A DNA stretch of 64,000 nt from a virus. Below the pieces are notes generated by a model. The model saw only the letters and a program-made list of their open reading frames with translations. It ran no database searches and was not told the DNA's origin. The position numbers and the translations under genes were made by a program. Every line of letters begins with the position of its first letter. The first letter of the stretch is position 1. Shown here piece by piece: positions 20,318-30,321 of the stretch. The stretch is taken from IMG/VR virus record IMGVR_UViG_3300045988_179014, positions 192,001-256,000 of that record, one strand, 5' to 3'.

Positions 20318-22120
20318 TTACTCTGATGCTTCAATCGTTTCATTCAGGAATTCACCAGTGTTTGAATTCATTACAGTAATACGCTCAGTGGTACTGTCAA
20401 CGATTAGATTCTGCTCTTCAGCTTCTTCCCGTAAATAAGCCACTGCCGCTCCAGCTCCCCAAGGATTGAAAACAGAGGGCCAACTTTCTATCATAGTACG
20501 AATATTCTCTTCACGAATCAAATATGGTGGAATGACACTTTCCCCAAAAATTTGTCGGAATTGTCCTTCTGTACGCTCAAAGTAAATAGATGGGTGCGCA
20601 ATGGTATCTGACAAGGATTCTGATGTTGACCAAGTACGACGAAGAATACGTGTCAACTTCTGATGAGTGTAATCCTCTGGAACGGAATATGTTGGCGCCA
20701 ATCCAGTTCGTTGTTTCTGTTCCAATCGAATAATACCTGTTTGACGCAATACCCGCATAGCTTGGGTTATCTGTGATGGTGTCAATTTAAGCCAACGCGC
20801 CATTGGTTTACGTGCCATCAAAATACGAGTTGCACCAACATTTGACAATGGTTGCAGAAAATAATCCACAATTGACAAGCAGTGGAAATACTGTTGTGGG
20901 ATAGTATGTCGTTCCTTTTTTCCCAGCAAAGCCGAAGAAATTTTCCCCACATCCAATACACGCGGGTTGATGAGACGTGTTTCCCGAGTGGTTCTTGCCA
21001 TACCACCAGGTTGTGATAGTTTTCTCTCAACCCGCTTCAGATGCTCATTCAAATCAAATTCTGCATCTGTATCAAATTTTCGGTGTTGGAACAGTGTTTT
21101 CCATCCTTTGTAACAGTAGATGCCATGATACCGGGAACGTGGATGAAATCTACTTAAATCTGCTATCAAAGCACGGAATCCAATAGAAGACCCAGTATAA
21201 GAATCCTTGTCAATCCCCAACTCGATACACGCTATTGCCATGGAGTAATCATCATGACAACAATGAAGAGCAGATTTGAGGAAGGCGCGGCGTGCATGGT
21301 AGGAAGTCTCAGAACGTTGCGTGAGAGCTTTTCTGAGCAACGCTAAGACCTCGGGAGAGGGCTTCGCGTGGGAAAGGTCACCGGCACTCTCTGAGGCGCT
21401 TAGAAAGCCTTCTGGAGCTTCTTCCTGAGAACGGATGATTCTACGTCGTTCAATCCGCCTTTTCTTGGCTGTTTCCAGCTCCTCGCGCAACTGCACGACT
21501 TGAGACAGTCTTGCCATCGAATCATCAGAAATTGTAAGAACTGAGATTTTACGGACATTCTGAGAAAAACCAAACGACTCATCCGCCAATGAATAAGTTG
21601 GATGAACTGATTCTTGGTCTTTCAAAAGAATCTGACTACCAGGACCAACTACATAACCGTTGACAATTCCGCTTCGAATGTCAGCATCCAATTGTATGTT
21701 GGTTCCAGTCAATTGTGAGAAAGCTTCGGAGTATGGACGTAAAGAAGCTTTTGGTAATCCTTCATCCAATAGAGCAACTGGACGTGGGAACCTTAGATAA
21801 ACATGTAATCCGCCTGATTGGGTCATCACCGCCAAGGATTGTCGCAAATCCACTTCCAGAAACGAGCTGAAAAAATCTACTTGGTTGTGGACACTGTTCG
21901 TTCCCTTGTGATGGTCGAAATCCAGAATGAACAATTGATGTTGGGGAATGATGCCATAGTTCCCCTGCCGTGGAATGTGGAGCAGACGGTTGCGTCGTCC
22001 TGGTAAATAACTTCCCACAGGATGTTTGCTATCTGGTTGAATGCGCAAGTAACATGCATCATCCCCTAGACACTTTTCAAGAGCACGACGTAACCCATGT
22101 GGTGTGTTGAGTTCTTGCAT
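20318..22120 (-). CDS. Bifunctional primase-polymerase (PrimPol) domain replication protein
   Basis: LFILDFDHHKG ... TQSGGLHVYLRFPRP matches the Prim-Pol N-terminal domain pattern (hhDhD ... GGhHhyh). Confidence 0.55.
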   Translation of the reverse strand: MQELNTPHGLRRALEKCLGDDACYLRIQPDSKHPVGSYLPGRRNRLLHIPRQGNYGIIPQHQLFILDFDHHKGTNSVHNQVDFFSSFLEVDLRQSLAVMTQSGGLHVYLRFPRPVALLDEGLPKASLRPYSEAFSQLTGTNIQLDADIRSGIVNGYVVGPGSQILLKDQESVHPTYSLADESFGFSQNVRKISVLTISDDSMARLSQVVQLREELETAKKRRIERRRIIRSQEEAPEGFLSASESAGDLSHAKPSPEVLALLRKALTQRSETSYHARRAFLKSALHCCHDDYSMAIACIELGIDKDSYTGSSIGFRALIADLSRFHPRSRYHGIYCYKGWKTLFQHRKFDTDAEFDLNEHLKRVERKLSQPGGMARTTRETRLINPRVLDVGKISSALLGKKERHTIPQQYFHCLSIVDYFLQPLSNVGATRILMARKPMARWLKLTPSQITQAMRVLRQTGIIRLEQKQRTGLAPTYSVPEDYTHQKLTRILRRTWSTSESLSDTIAHPSIYFERTEGQFRQIFGESVIPPYLIREENIRTMIESWPSVFNPWGAGAAVAYLREEAEEQNLIVDSTTERITVMNSNTGEFLNETIEASE

Positions 22121-22242
22121 GGGTCACCTCCTGGATTCCATCGTAGCATTGGTCCCAGGGTTGTGTCTCACCTGTACACAAGTTTACTTTCCATGCGGTG
22201 TAAGATTTTTTAGAGTACAGTCATCGAATGAAATTTGGTGCC

Positions 22243-23055
22243 TCAAGATTTTTCTATATACAATGCTTGAGGTCTTGGGACAGTGGATATCATTTTACCC
22301 GGAAGCTCAAGATGGATGGACAGGAACCTGGCATCCTTGATGGTCGCAATTGAACCATACGACCTGAAATTGACTTGGGATACATAGTGCAACGGGGACG
22401 TGATGGTGTTGGTCATTTCGCGTCCTTCAGGAGAGTTCAACGTTCCACTAGTGTGCACTTGGTCAAATGGAGCAGAAACAGGTGCAGTAATCCATGACGG
22501 GTACAACTCCATCAAAGGGTCAGCCCAAATGGGGTTGGCAGCGTACTGAGGACCATCACCAAGCCGGAACGCAGGCCCTTGGTACAAAGTTCTTGCATAC
22601 CGTCTGTTCAACGCGTCAGCGGCCTCCTCAGCGGTTTTAGGGGAGCCAATGTCAAGCCATTCCCCATATGTCAATCCTCCATGAGTGACAAGTCTTTGTT
22701 TATCCACTGTGGCAACTGTCATCATTGGGTCAGGGGCGAACCAAGCATTCCGCAAAAACTGCCGACTGTGAGCGTTCGTCCATTCCTCTGGAGCATTCAA
22801 CGCTGCTATCTCATTTGGTCCAACCAACTGATGCCAATTATCATATGTGGAACGATAAAGATACATGAACTTCAACAAAGTCTCATTAGCACCGTATTTT
22901 GGTCCATCCTGAGCAATTTCATTACAACCAATAACATTCCCCATCTGAATGATTTTGTCCACTTGGTTGCAGTTCTTGAGTATTTCTCCACGCCACAGTT
23001 TGTATTGACCATGAAGACCAGGAATGAAAAAAGTCTTGTAATTCTTGAGGGCCAC
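22243..23055 (-). CDS. Calcineurin-like metallophosphoesterase (divergent PrpE/ApaH-like)
   Basis: FIPGLHGQY, QMGNVIGCNE, LVGPNE and VTHGGL resemble degenerate GDxHG / GDxxDRG / GNHE motifs. Confidence 0.4.
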   Translation of the reverse strand: MALKNYKTFFIPGLHGQYKLWRGEILKNCNQVDKIIQMGNVIGCNEIAQDGPKYGANETLLKFMYLYRSTYDNWHQLVGPNEIAALNAPEEWTNAHSRQFLRNAWFAPDPMMTVATVDKQRLVTHGGLTYGEWLDIGSPKTAEEAADALNRRYARTLYQGPAFRLGDGPQYAANPIWADPLMELYPSWITAPVSAPFDQVHTSGTLNSPEGREMTNTITSPLHYVSQVNFRSYGSIATIKDARFLSIHLELPGKMISTVPRPQALYIEKS

Positions 23056-23067
23056 AATACTCCTGAC

Positions 23068-24321
23068 TCAGCTGAACATATCAAGGATTGTACCCATGGT
23101 GGAATTCTTGTTAGAAGTATGAGCAAACAATGATTTGTGCCGCATTTTGGCCATGTGAGCTTCTTCCAATTCCCGCTCTTTATCACGTTGCTGTTGGAAA
23201 CGACGTTCTGCTCGTGCTACCACGCCTTCAACTTGCACCATGTAATCTTCCAGCCAAACCAAACGTGCATTGTCTCGTTTCTCTTTTACTTTTTCATAAC
23301 CGGGTTTTTCCAACATGTTCTCATTCAGAAACTCCCGTAATTTGGTCACAGCCTCTTCAGGACTGTGAACTTGATAACTCACGCCTTCAGGATATTCAGC
23401 GTTCAAGAAATCCATACGCCATTCCCCATTGGTGTATCGAACAGCCCACCACTCTTTGGATTTACCCTGAGAATTGTCCAATACACGTAACTCCATTTCT
23501 GGCATTTGATTCAAATAAAATGGATTGTCTTTTATGAATCTTTCCAATGAGTGTGCACGAAAAGTGGTACTGTTCCATTCCTCACTGACACGAACAGTTA
23601 CCGAATCGCTGGCACGAAAACTTCCTTTTCCCTCTTTCCATCCAAACTCTTCAAATACTTGGTAGGGGCCTTGTGCTTCCTCTTCAACCACTACATGTCC
23701 GGCTTTCAACTGACTCAACAGATAGTCAGTTTGTTTCTCCACTTCGGTATCGTAAAGCGATGTTGAGTTGATGATGACAGTTTCACGCAGAAAGTTGCGA
23801 GCTTGTGCCAATGCGTTTTCCCTATCCCCGTTCAAGTCAATCTCAAGGGTTTCTTTCGGAAAAACACCACTGTTATAGGTCATCTCAAGTTCCCAAATGC
23901 CTCCAATTACTCCTCGGTCATAATCCGCACGTGGTCGACGAAAAGCAGAAACTCGCACACGTGGCACTTCACCAACATTTGTTTGCAGCAATGGAATCTG
24001 TGCTCTTTGAATGGCTGGGTCTTCACCATATTGCAGGAAAGCTTCATCCATCATGTTGGCATAATCTCGTGGAGTTTTACCGGAATTCAAATTGCCGTTA
24101 TATTTTATTATTCCGAATGTTTTTGGAGTGTTGGGGTCTTTTAAAACTGCGTCAACTTGCTCCCGCGCAGCTTCTAACTGTGACCGTTCATTACGTAGAG
24201 CAAGAGCAGTTTCGGCGCCCTGAATTGTGTCATAATCCCGAAATGGGCAGGGTTTAAAAGTAGCGGTGCACTCAGCTACCACGTTATCAGCATTAATGTG
24301 GTAACGTTTTGTTTTGGCCAT
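23068..24321 (-). CDS. Protein with N-terminal HCCH-like module (KRYHINADNVVAEC..FKPCPF); remainder unknown
   Basis: Shared N-terminal motif; strong AGGAGG Shine-Dalgarno upstream. Confidence 0.5.
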   Translation of the reverse strand: MAKTKRYHINADNVVAECTATFKPCPFRDYDTIQGAETALALRNERSQLEAAREQVDAVLKDPNTPKTFGIIKYNGNLNSGKTPRDYANMMDEAFLQYGEDPAIQRAQIPLLQTNVGEVPRVRVSAFRRPRADYDRGVIGGIWELEMTYNSGVFPKETLEIDLNGDRENALAQARNFLRETVIINSTSLYDTEVEKQTDYLLSQLKAGHVVVEEEAQGPYQVFEEFGWKEGKGSFRASDSVTVRVSEEWNSTTFRAHSLERFIKDNPFYLNQMPEMELRVLDNSQGKSKEWWAVRYTNGEWRMDFLNAEYPEGVSYQVHSPEEAVTKLREFLNENMLEKPGYEKVKEKRDNARLVWLEDYMVQVEGVVARAERRFQQQRDKERELEEAHMAKMRHKSLFAHTSNKNSTMGTILDMFS

Positions 24322-24809
24322 AATGACCTCCTATGCTCCGTTTCTTCCCTAGAATGATGGGCGCACACTTTTGTATACACATATATATTATCAAACACAA
24401 CCATTTTAAACAATTTCTCTAACATAAGTTGCCATATTGTATAACCTTCAGATGAATATATGGCCGGAGAAAACAAAGTGATTGATTCCATTCATTCATC
24501 AAATTCACACAACCACTCAATACCGTGATACATTCAACACTTCCACTGATTCATCGTTTTCGCTCAATTGAAACTCATAAAATCTTGTGAAAAATGACAA
24601 GAATAAATCCAGCTTTATCAATTATGAACACAAAAACTGAAACATAGGTATGACATTGATTATTGTGGATTTTGAAAGCAATACAACAAAAACACTAACT
24701 GTTTGCATGCACTGTATTCAGTTCATTTGCGCACTACTTCAACAGTTGTATGAATTGGATACATTTTTGCATAACATGATTGGAAGGACTTCTCGCAATG
24801 CATGAAAAA

Positions 24810-24849
24810 CCTCCCAGAACTGGTTGCATCAAACCATAGTTCTGGGAGG
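24810..24849 (-). terminator. Rho-independent terminator for the topoisomerase gene (12 bp stem cctcccagaact / agttctgggagg, followed by a T-run on the minus strand)
   Basis: Perfect inverted repeat immediately 3' of the minus-strand ORF 24876-27008; tttttc follows in the transcript sense. Confidence 0.6.
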
Positions 24850-24875
24850 TTCCAGGAAAAAATACTTACTTCATT

Positions 24876-27008
24876 TTACCTTAATTCTTCTTCATCCACC
24901 TCATAGGATTCAATCCAGCGTTTTCGTTCATCAGTATCATCACCAAACGCCAATTCCATAGCATCCATGGCTTTTTCAATGTCTTGAGTGAGAACTTGTG
25001 TGATAACTCGTGTTTCAGGGTTGATGGCAGTCACTTGAAGGTCTGGTGCATTCATTTCGCCCAAACCTTTCAATCTTGTTACTGTGTGTTTGATGTTTGA
25101 CTGTTTCAGTTCAGCCAACAAATCGTCACGTTCCCTATCATCACGAGCGTATAATTTACGAGAATTACGGCCTTCTTTGGTGGAAATCACGAATAGTGGG
25201 GTTTCCATCTTGTACAAACGGCCTGCTTCCAGAATGGGCCGGAACAGATGCCAGAACAATGCATAAATCAAACATGCAATGGCGTTACCATCAGGGTCGG
25301 CATCAACGGCAATGAATACACGACCGTAACGCATCTTGTCCAAATCAAAATCACTACCTGCACCAGCACCAAGTGTTTTCACAATATCTTGTACTTCAGC
25401 GTTGTCAAGCACTTTCTTGATTGATTGTTTGTGTGCATTGATGATTTTTCCGCGAATAGGTAGTAGGGCGTTGATTCGACCATCCCGAGCGGCTTTCATA
25501 GAACTGACAGCAGAATCACCCTCACAAATGTACAATTCCGCTTCATCTGTTCCAGCTAGTTCACAATCCATCAGTTTTTCTGGTAATGCCTCAGACTTCA
25601 ACGTGTTCTTTTTACGGTTCAAATCACGTTGTTCTCTTGCAGCTTGCCGATTCTTAGCTGCTGTTGTCACTTTAACAGCAATTGTTTGCAAAGTATCCGC
25701 ATTTTTACGGTCAGCAATCCATGTTTCAAACAGTTTGGTCAATGCGTCCCGAATAGCACGTTGCACATCCGAACCTGACAGAGCTTCTTTTGATTGTGAT
25801 GTGAAATTAGGTTCAGAAATCTGTACTGAAAGAACTACTGTCAATCCTTCTTTGAAATCATCATCAATTGGAAGGATGTCTTTTTTGGACAATAATCCAC
25901 GCATAGTTTTGAAACGTTCATTGAAAGCCGACACCATGGCGCGTTCAAAAGCGGTTTCATGTACTCCCCCCAGTTTCGTATGAATAGTGTTCACAAAACT
26001 GGACATCGTGTAATCAAAACCAGACCCATAACGAAAAGCCAATTCTATGGGTACTTCACGTTCCACATCTTTGGTAACCACAGTATGTCCATCAGACATC
26101 AGAACAGGAACATTCTTTTCCGTATATTTACCTGTGGTCGTCAACAGAACCGTGTCCATGATTTTTTCATCAGGTTGGTTGATGGCAACCAATGCAGACG
26201 GTCCATCAGGGAAGTGGAAAAACTCTTGTTGAGGTTCACTGACTCCTGTTTGAGGGTTTTCAATCTCCAGAAGCTCATTGTAAACTTCTGCTTCCAAATC
26301 TGGAACCAAGAATGCGGTACCTTTTAGGCGATTGATGATATCTTGGTCATCATATGGGTATTTGGAGGAGAAAACCTCATCTCGTAGCCAACATTTGACA
26401 ATGGTACCAGTGGGGTATCGTTTCTTTTCAGCAGGAGTACGTTTGTCTGCTGACACCTCCAAGTATGTCAAATCATCCAGTGGCGTGAAATCAGCATCAG
26501 GGTTGTCATCTTCAGCAAAAAACCCTGGAGTGCCATCTTTGAATGAGAGCTTGTATTGTTTCTTGTTTCTGTATACAGTGATGTCAGCTCGACGGGAAAC
26601 ATGAACAGTGGAGCTGGCACCAACACCATTCAATCCTGAAGAGAATCGTTTCGAGTCGGTTTCAAATTTACCACCTGATTGAATAACTCCAAGTGCCAGA
26701 TAAATACCAGAACAGGGGCGACCTTCAGAATCTACTCCAACATCAACTGGAATGCCCCGACCTGCGTCCTGAACTGAGAATGAACGGTCCTTGTAGAAAT
26801 GAAGTCTTACATTAGTTCCATGTCCTGACCTTACTTCGTCCAAAGCATTGTCCAGAATTTCTCGGACTGCAACGCCTTTTTGTTTTGAGTATGTTTCCCC
26901 TGAACCTTCCAATGGCCCAAAAGTAAGACTCATACGTTTCAACAGGTGAGTGTGTGCTGACACTGCCTTAATAGAACTGGCGTTGTACTCATCCTTCTTC
27001 AATGCCAC
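24876..27008 (-). CDS. Type IIA DNA topoisomerase ATPase+TOPRIM subunit (GyrB/ParE or T4 gp39/gp60-like)
   Basis: GHKL motifs (EILDNALDE, GLNGVGAS) and TOPRIM (ELYICEGDSA ... IAVDADPDGNAI). No GyrA-like partner is seen in the window. Confidence 0.75.
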   Translation of the reverse strand: MALKKDEYNASSIKAVSAHTHLLKRMSLTFGPLEGSGETYSKQKGVAVREILDNALDEVRSGHGTNVRLHFYKDRSFSVQDAGRGIPVDVGVDSEGRPCSGIYLALGVIQSGGKFETDSKRFSSGLNGVGASSTVHVSRRADITVYRNKKQYKLSFKDGTPGFFAEDDNPDADFTPLDDLTYLEVSADKRTPAEKKRYPTGTIVKCWLRDEVFSSKYPYDDQDIINRLKGTAFLVPDLEAEVYNELLEIENPQTGVSEPQQEFFHFPDGPSALVAINQPDEKIMDTVLLTTTGKYTEKNVPVLMSDGHTVVTKDVEREVPIELAFRYGSGFDYTMSSFVNTIHTKLGGVHETAFERAMVSAFNERFKTMRGLLSKKDILPIDDDFKEGLTVVLSVQISEPNFTSQSKEALSGSDVQRAIRDALTKLFETWIADRKNADTLQTIAVKVTTAAKNRQAAREQRDLNRKKNTLKSEALPEKLMDCELAGTDEAELYICEGDSAVSSMKAARDGRINALLPIRGKIINAHKQSIKKVLDNAEVQDIVKTLGAGAGSDFDLDKMRYGRVFIAVDADPDGNAIACLIYALFWHLFRPILEAGRLYKMETPLFVISTKEGRNSRKLYARDDRERDDLLAELKQSNIKHTVTRLKGLGEMNAPDLQVTAINPETRVITQVLTQDIEKAMDAMELAFGDDTDERKRWIESYEVDEEELR

Positions 27009-27164
27009 TGTATCTCCTTAATCTAAATTTTCGCAACGCCATTTTACCGAATCAGAGTATTGGCAATTTTGCGTTTAAATTTAAAACATTGACATTAATA
27101 AACATGAATATACGATTATTGAATGAATTGAAACAGGGTTTTTGCATTACCATTTATTGTTTAG

Positions 27165-27938
27165 TCAATCCCCTGTGCGGTCATCCCATTCCATTCGCCA
27201 ATGTCGTGGGTCTGAAGGAAGAACAGTTAACACCAACATTGCCAAACCCCCAAACGGTACTAGAAATAGTAACATGAACCACGCTGAGAAGCCTGCATCA
27301 TGTAATCTTCGAGCTGTAAGCGCCAAGAATGGAATAAATGTAACACATATAAACACCAGTAGACAGAAACCGGCTACCAAAGCCAATGAACGTCCTACAC
27401 TTGCGCTGAAGAAATCATCAGTGGAGTACAATGAACGACCCCATCCAAACATTATGAGCATTATTACACCAATGGTATACAACACGCTGAAAAATGCTGA
27501 AATCAATGCAAGCCATAATGTTGCAAACCAATATTCACTTCGAGAAGCATAACCAGAAAATCGTGTATATTTTTTGAAGAAACGAATTACTGCTTGTCGA
27601 AATGTGGCTCCATACAAAGGTTGACTCAATGGAAAATCAGCGGTGGAAGCATTGTTGTAATTGTTCATTGGATGCATGTATGGATAAGCCATATGACTAG
27701 GAGCAGCATAATTGTTTGAACTATTATTTTGAGTGAAAAATGGCGGCATGTTTGAATCCTGAAAACCATGATTTGACGTAACCCCCTGATTCACGAAATC
27801 TGGCTGTCCATTTGTAGGAGCGTGTTCAGGATTGGTTGATGGTTCTGTAGTGTTGTGTATGGAATAGGGTTCATGTGACATGTTGTCTCCTATGAGAAAA
27901 GATTCATGCACAATATCCACCCCATTCCACCTCAACAT
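27165..27938 (-). CDS. DUF805-family membrane protein with N/P/Y-rich N-terminal region
   Basis: RRLHDAGFSAWFMLLFLVPFGGLAMLVL matches the DUF805 (YhaH-like) signature; multiple TM helices. Confidence 0.45.
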   Translation of the reverse strand: MLRWNGVDIVHESFLIGDNMSHEPYSIHNTTEPSTNPEHAPTNGQPDFVNQGVTSNHGFQDSNMPPFFTQNNSSNNYAAPSHMAYPYMHPMNNYNNASTADFPLSQPLYGATFRQAVIRFFKKYTRFSGYASRSEYWFATLWLALISAFFSVLYTIGVIMLIMFGWGRSLYSTDDFFSASVGRSLALVAGFCLLVFICVTFIPFLALTARRLHDAGFSAWFMLLFLVPFGGLAMLVLTVLPSDPRHWRMEWDDRTGD

Positions 27939-28036
27939 AATAAATCGAACCAGTTGATTGCATCAAACAACACAATACTTGGGCGTTTATAGTATTGCTT
28001 ATTTTGTGTTATTCTCGGAATACTGTTGGGTTGTGA

Positions 28037-28831
28037 TTAATGAATGTATTTACGATAGGTTTCATCAATCAAAAATCCAGGTTTCTGTAACAGGACCTCG
28101 ACTTTTTGAAGAACTGGTTTTGGTGTTTTCTGTACCAGTTTCACAGTCTGTTTTCTAGTGTTTGGGTTTTTGAATAGTTTGGTGAATTCTTGTGCTGTTT
28201 CGTGGGCTCGTTCCTCTATGGTGGTCACTTGTACATTACTGTTCCGGCCAGAAGCTTTCAATGTTTGTTCATAGTCAAAATCCAGCTCATGCCCTGCATC
28301 CACGAGTGCTTGTTGTACAGGATACAGATTCCACATGGTGATGTTTCTGGTCTTCTTCACCCCAGCATTCATTGTGGTGACAGTACACAACCCTTGCTCG
28401 GATGCTGCTGAGTTCCCCATACCATTGTCATCCCTCAACCCCAACTCGTCCAACCACTTACCAATTGTGTTGGCTGTGACATTGAAATAGGTGGCAATAG
28501 TTCCCAGATTCACCCATTTAGGTTCATCACTATTGTTTGCGACTTCTTGGTTCACAATTTGCCGTTCCAGAGTTAAACCAAATTCTTCCAGTTTGGTTTG
28601 TACATGATTCAAATTCCAAATGAGTTTGTTCTCACACACATCAACAAGACCATCAATAAGTGCTTGTTTGGTGGGTTTATGGTCCACAGACAAGTAACCA
28701 GTGGTGTTGAGTACATGAAACAATGTATCTGTTTGTAGCGATTTGAAATTATCAGCTAGTTTTTGTGTACTGGAATGAGATGGCAGTTTTCCCATGAGAT
28801 AACGCTTTACAGGAGGAGCAAGTTTTTCCAT
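28037..28831 (-). CDS. Hypothetical protein, possible DNA-binding (HTH-like ANTIGKWLDELGL segment)
   Basis: ORF track; weak helix-turn-helix-like segment only. Confidence 0.3.
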   Translation of the reverse strand: MEKLAPPVKRYLMGKLPSHSSTQKLADNFKSLQTDTLFHVLNTTGYLSVDHKPTKQALIDGLVDVCENKLIWNLNHVQTKLEEFGLTLERQIVNQEVANNSDEPKWVNLGTIATYFNVTANTIGKWLDELGLRDDNGMGNSAASEQGLCTVTTMNAGVKKTRNITMWNLYPVQQALVDAGHELDFDYEQTLKASGRNSNVQVTTIEERAHETAQEFTKLFKNPNTRKQTVKLVQKTPKPVLQKVEVLLQKPGFLIDETYRKYIH

Positions 28832-29038
28832 TGTACATTTTCCAATCTGTCTACTGGAAAGAATATAGTTGATTTAGGTTGCTTTTGGATTCCATGACAA
28901 TTTCCAAAATATCTTGTCAAAATATTGGTGTATTCTCAATACAAAAAATAGAGTTTAACTCATTGAGGTTCATATTCATGATAGATGTAATCCGTTGGTT
29001 GTGAATGGTTTTTCAGTGACATGCATGTAGTTGTTGAG

Positions 29039-29680
29039 TCAGAAAAACCCATGAACCATATGATGTTCCAAATGTCCCCAAATGTTTTCCGCCAATGCTA
29101 ACACTTGCTCAGATTCTACAGATTGACGATAATCCAGTTGCAGAAGATTGGGATGACTGATTTTGAGCGGGCACAATCCATCTTCGCGGACACGAATCAA
29201 CAAATTACCATTGTTGAGCAACGCATTGGTTTTACGATAGTCACGAGCACGACGGTCAGAGCCACGATGCCAACGATACCCGTCATATTCCACCATAAAA
29301 GTTCGTCCCATGAAAGTGCCAACAATGTCCACTACAACAATTTTTCCACACGGTAATGTCAATTGCTGTTCCGTGGGTGCTGTAAAACATGCATTGTGTA
29401 TATTGAGATGTTTACGTAACTTGGACTCAATTATGGAACCCTCGTTTTGTCCTCTGCATACTCTGCATTGTGCTGTTCGTTTGTTGCGAGTACGGGTGAA
29501 AACTCTTGCTTCCCAAACATGCCCTTCTTGACAACGCCACCAAACTTTAATGCCTGAATTCGGAACAACAGAATGTGGTGTTAAGTTGAGATGATGATTC
29601 TTGTCATAGAACCATTCCCTAGCAACATGAGGGAACAGGTCCGCCAACGACCCGCCGGTTTCCGGTATGGCCCGTCTCAT
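29039..29680 (-). CDS. Zinc-ribbon + DUF559/Vsr-like PD-(D/E)xK endonuclease (possible homing-type endonuclease)
   Basis: WWRCQEGHVWEA...CRVCRG (zinc ribbon) then VEYDGYRWHRG...RDYRKTNALLNNGNLLIRV (DUF559-like E.DG..H...D..K...G..hhR). Confidence 0.45.
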   Translation of the reverse strand: MRRAIPETGGSLADLFPHVAREWFYDKNHHLNLTPHSVVPNSGIKVWWRCQEGHVWEARVFTRTRNKRTAQCRVCRGQNEGSIIESKLRKHLNIHNACFTAPTEQQLTLPCGKIVVVDIVGTFMGRTFMVEYDGYRWHRGSDRRARDYRKTNALLNNGNLLIRVREDGLCPLKISHPNLLQLDYRQSVESEQVLALAENIWGHLEHHMVHGFF

Positions 29681-29715
29681 TGTTCATGTCCAATACTCAT
29701 GATGAAAACAGAATA

Positions 29716-30321
29716 TCAACGACCATAACGTTCACGCAACATCAAATCAATCTCATTCCAGTTTTTGGCATGTTCCACATTCGGAATGGTTTGATTGTAG
29801 GCTTGTTCATAAGCAATAACATGACGATTAGCATTCCTTAAAGCAATAATATTATGTGGTGCATCATCTATGTATGTATCTGCACTGAATCTCCATTTTT
29901 GATGCAGAAACAAAATGTTGTCATATGGTATACCTGATGAATCCAATGCTTTTGCCGTCTGTTGCAACACCATGTCATGTTGACTAGGGCTCCAAAGACG
30001 AGATGTCACAATATTGATTTCATAACCACGATTCGACAAGTCCTGAAGAACCTTGACCGCTCCAGGTAATGGTTTCAAATTTTGGAATAATCCATTATCC
30101 ACAGCTTTACGATGAAGATACTCAAAACTTCCTAAAGGAATCACACCAGTAGTTTCCATGTTGAATTCATGCATGATGACATTGGGAGGAATCTTGTATC
30201 CCAATGTTTGTATGTAATCACAGAATCCTTGGAAATAGTTGAAACAAGTATCATCCAAATCTATCGCAAGAGCTGGTTCATGGTAGTCGTTCACGTGCTT
30301 TTGTCTCCAAACAATTGGCAA
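29716..30321 (-). CDS. 5'(3')-deoxyribonucleotidase, NT5C/HAD family
   Basis: LAIDLDDTC (HAD motif I DxDxT) near the N-terminus; ~200 aa, typical for the family. Confidence 0.55.
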   Translation of the reverse strand: MPIVWRQKHVNDYHEPALAIDLDDTCFNYFQGFCDYIQTLGYKIPPNVIMHEFNMETTGVIPLGSFEYLHRKAVDNGLFQNLKPLPGAVKVLQDLSNRGYEINIVTSRLWSPSQHDMVLQQTAKALDSSGIPYDNILFLHQKWRFSADTYIDDAPHNIIALRNANRHVIAYEQAYNQTIPNVEHAKNWNEIDLMLRERYGR

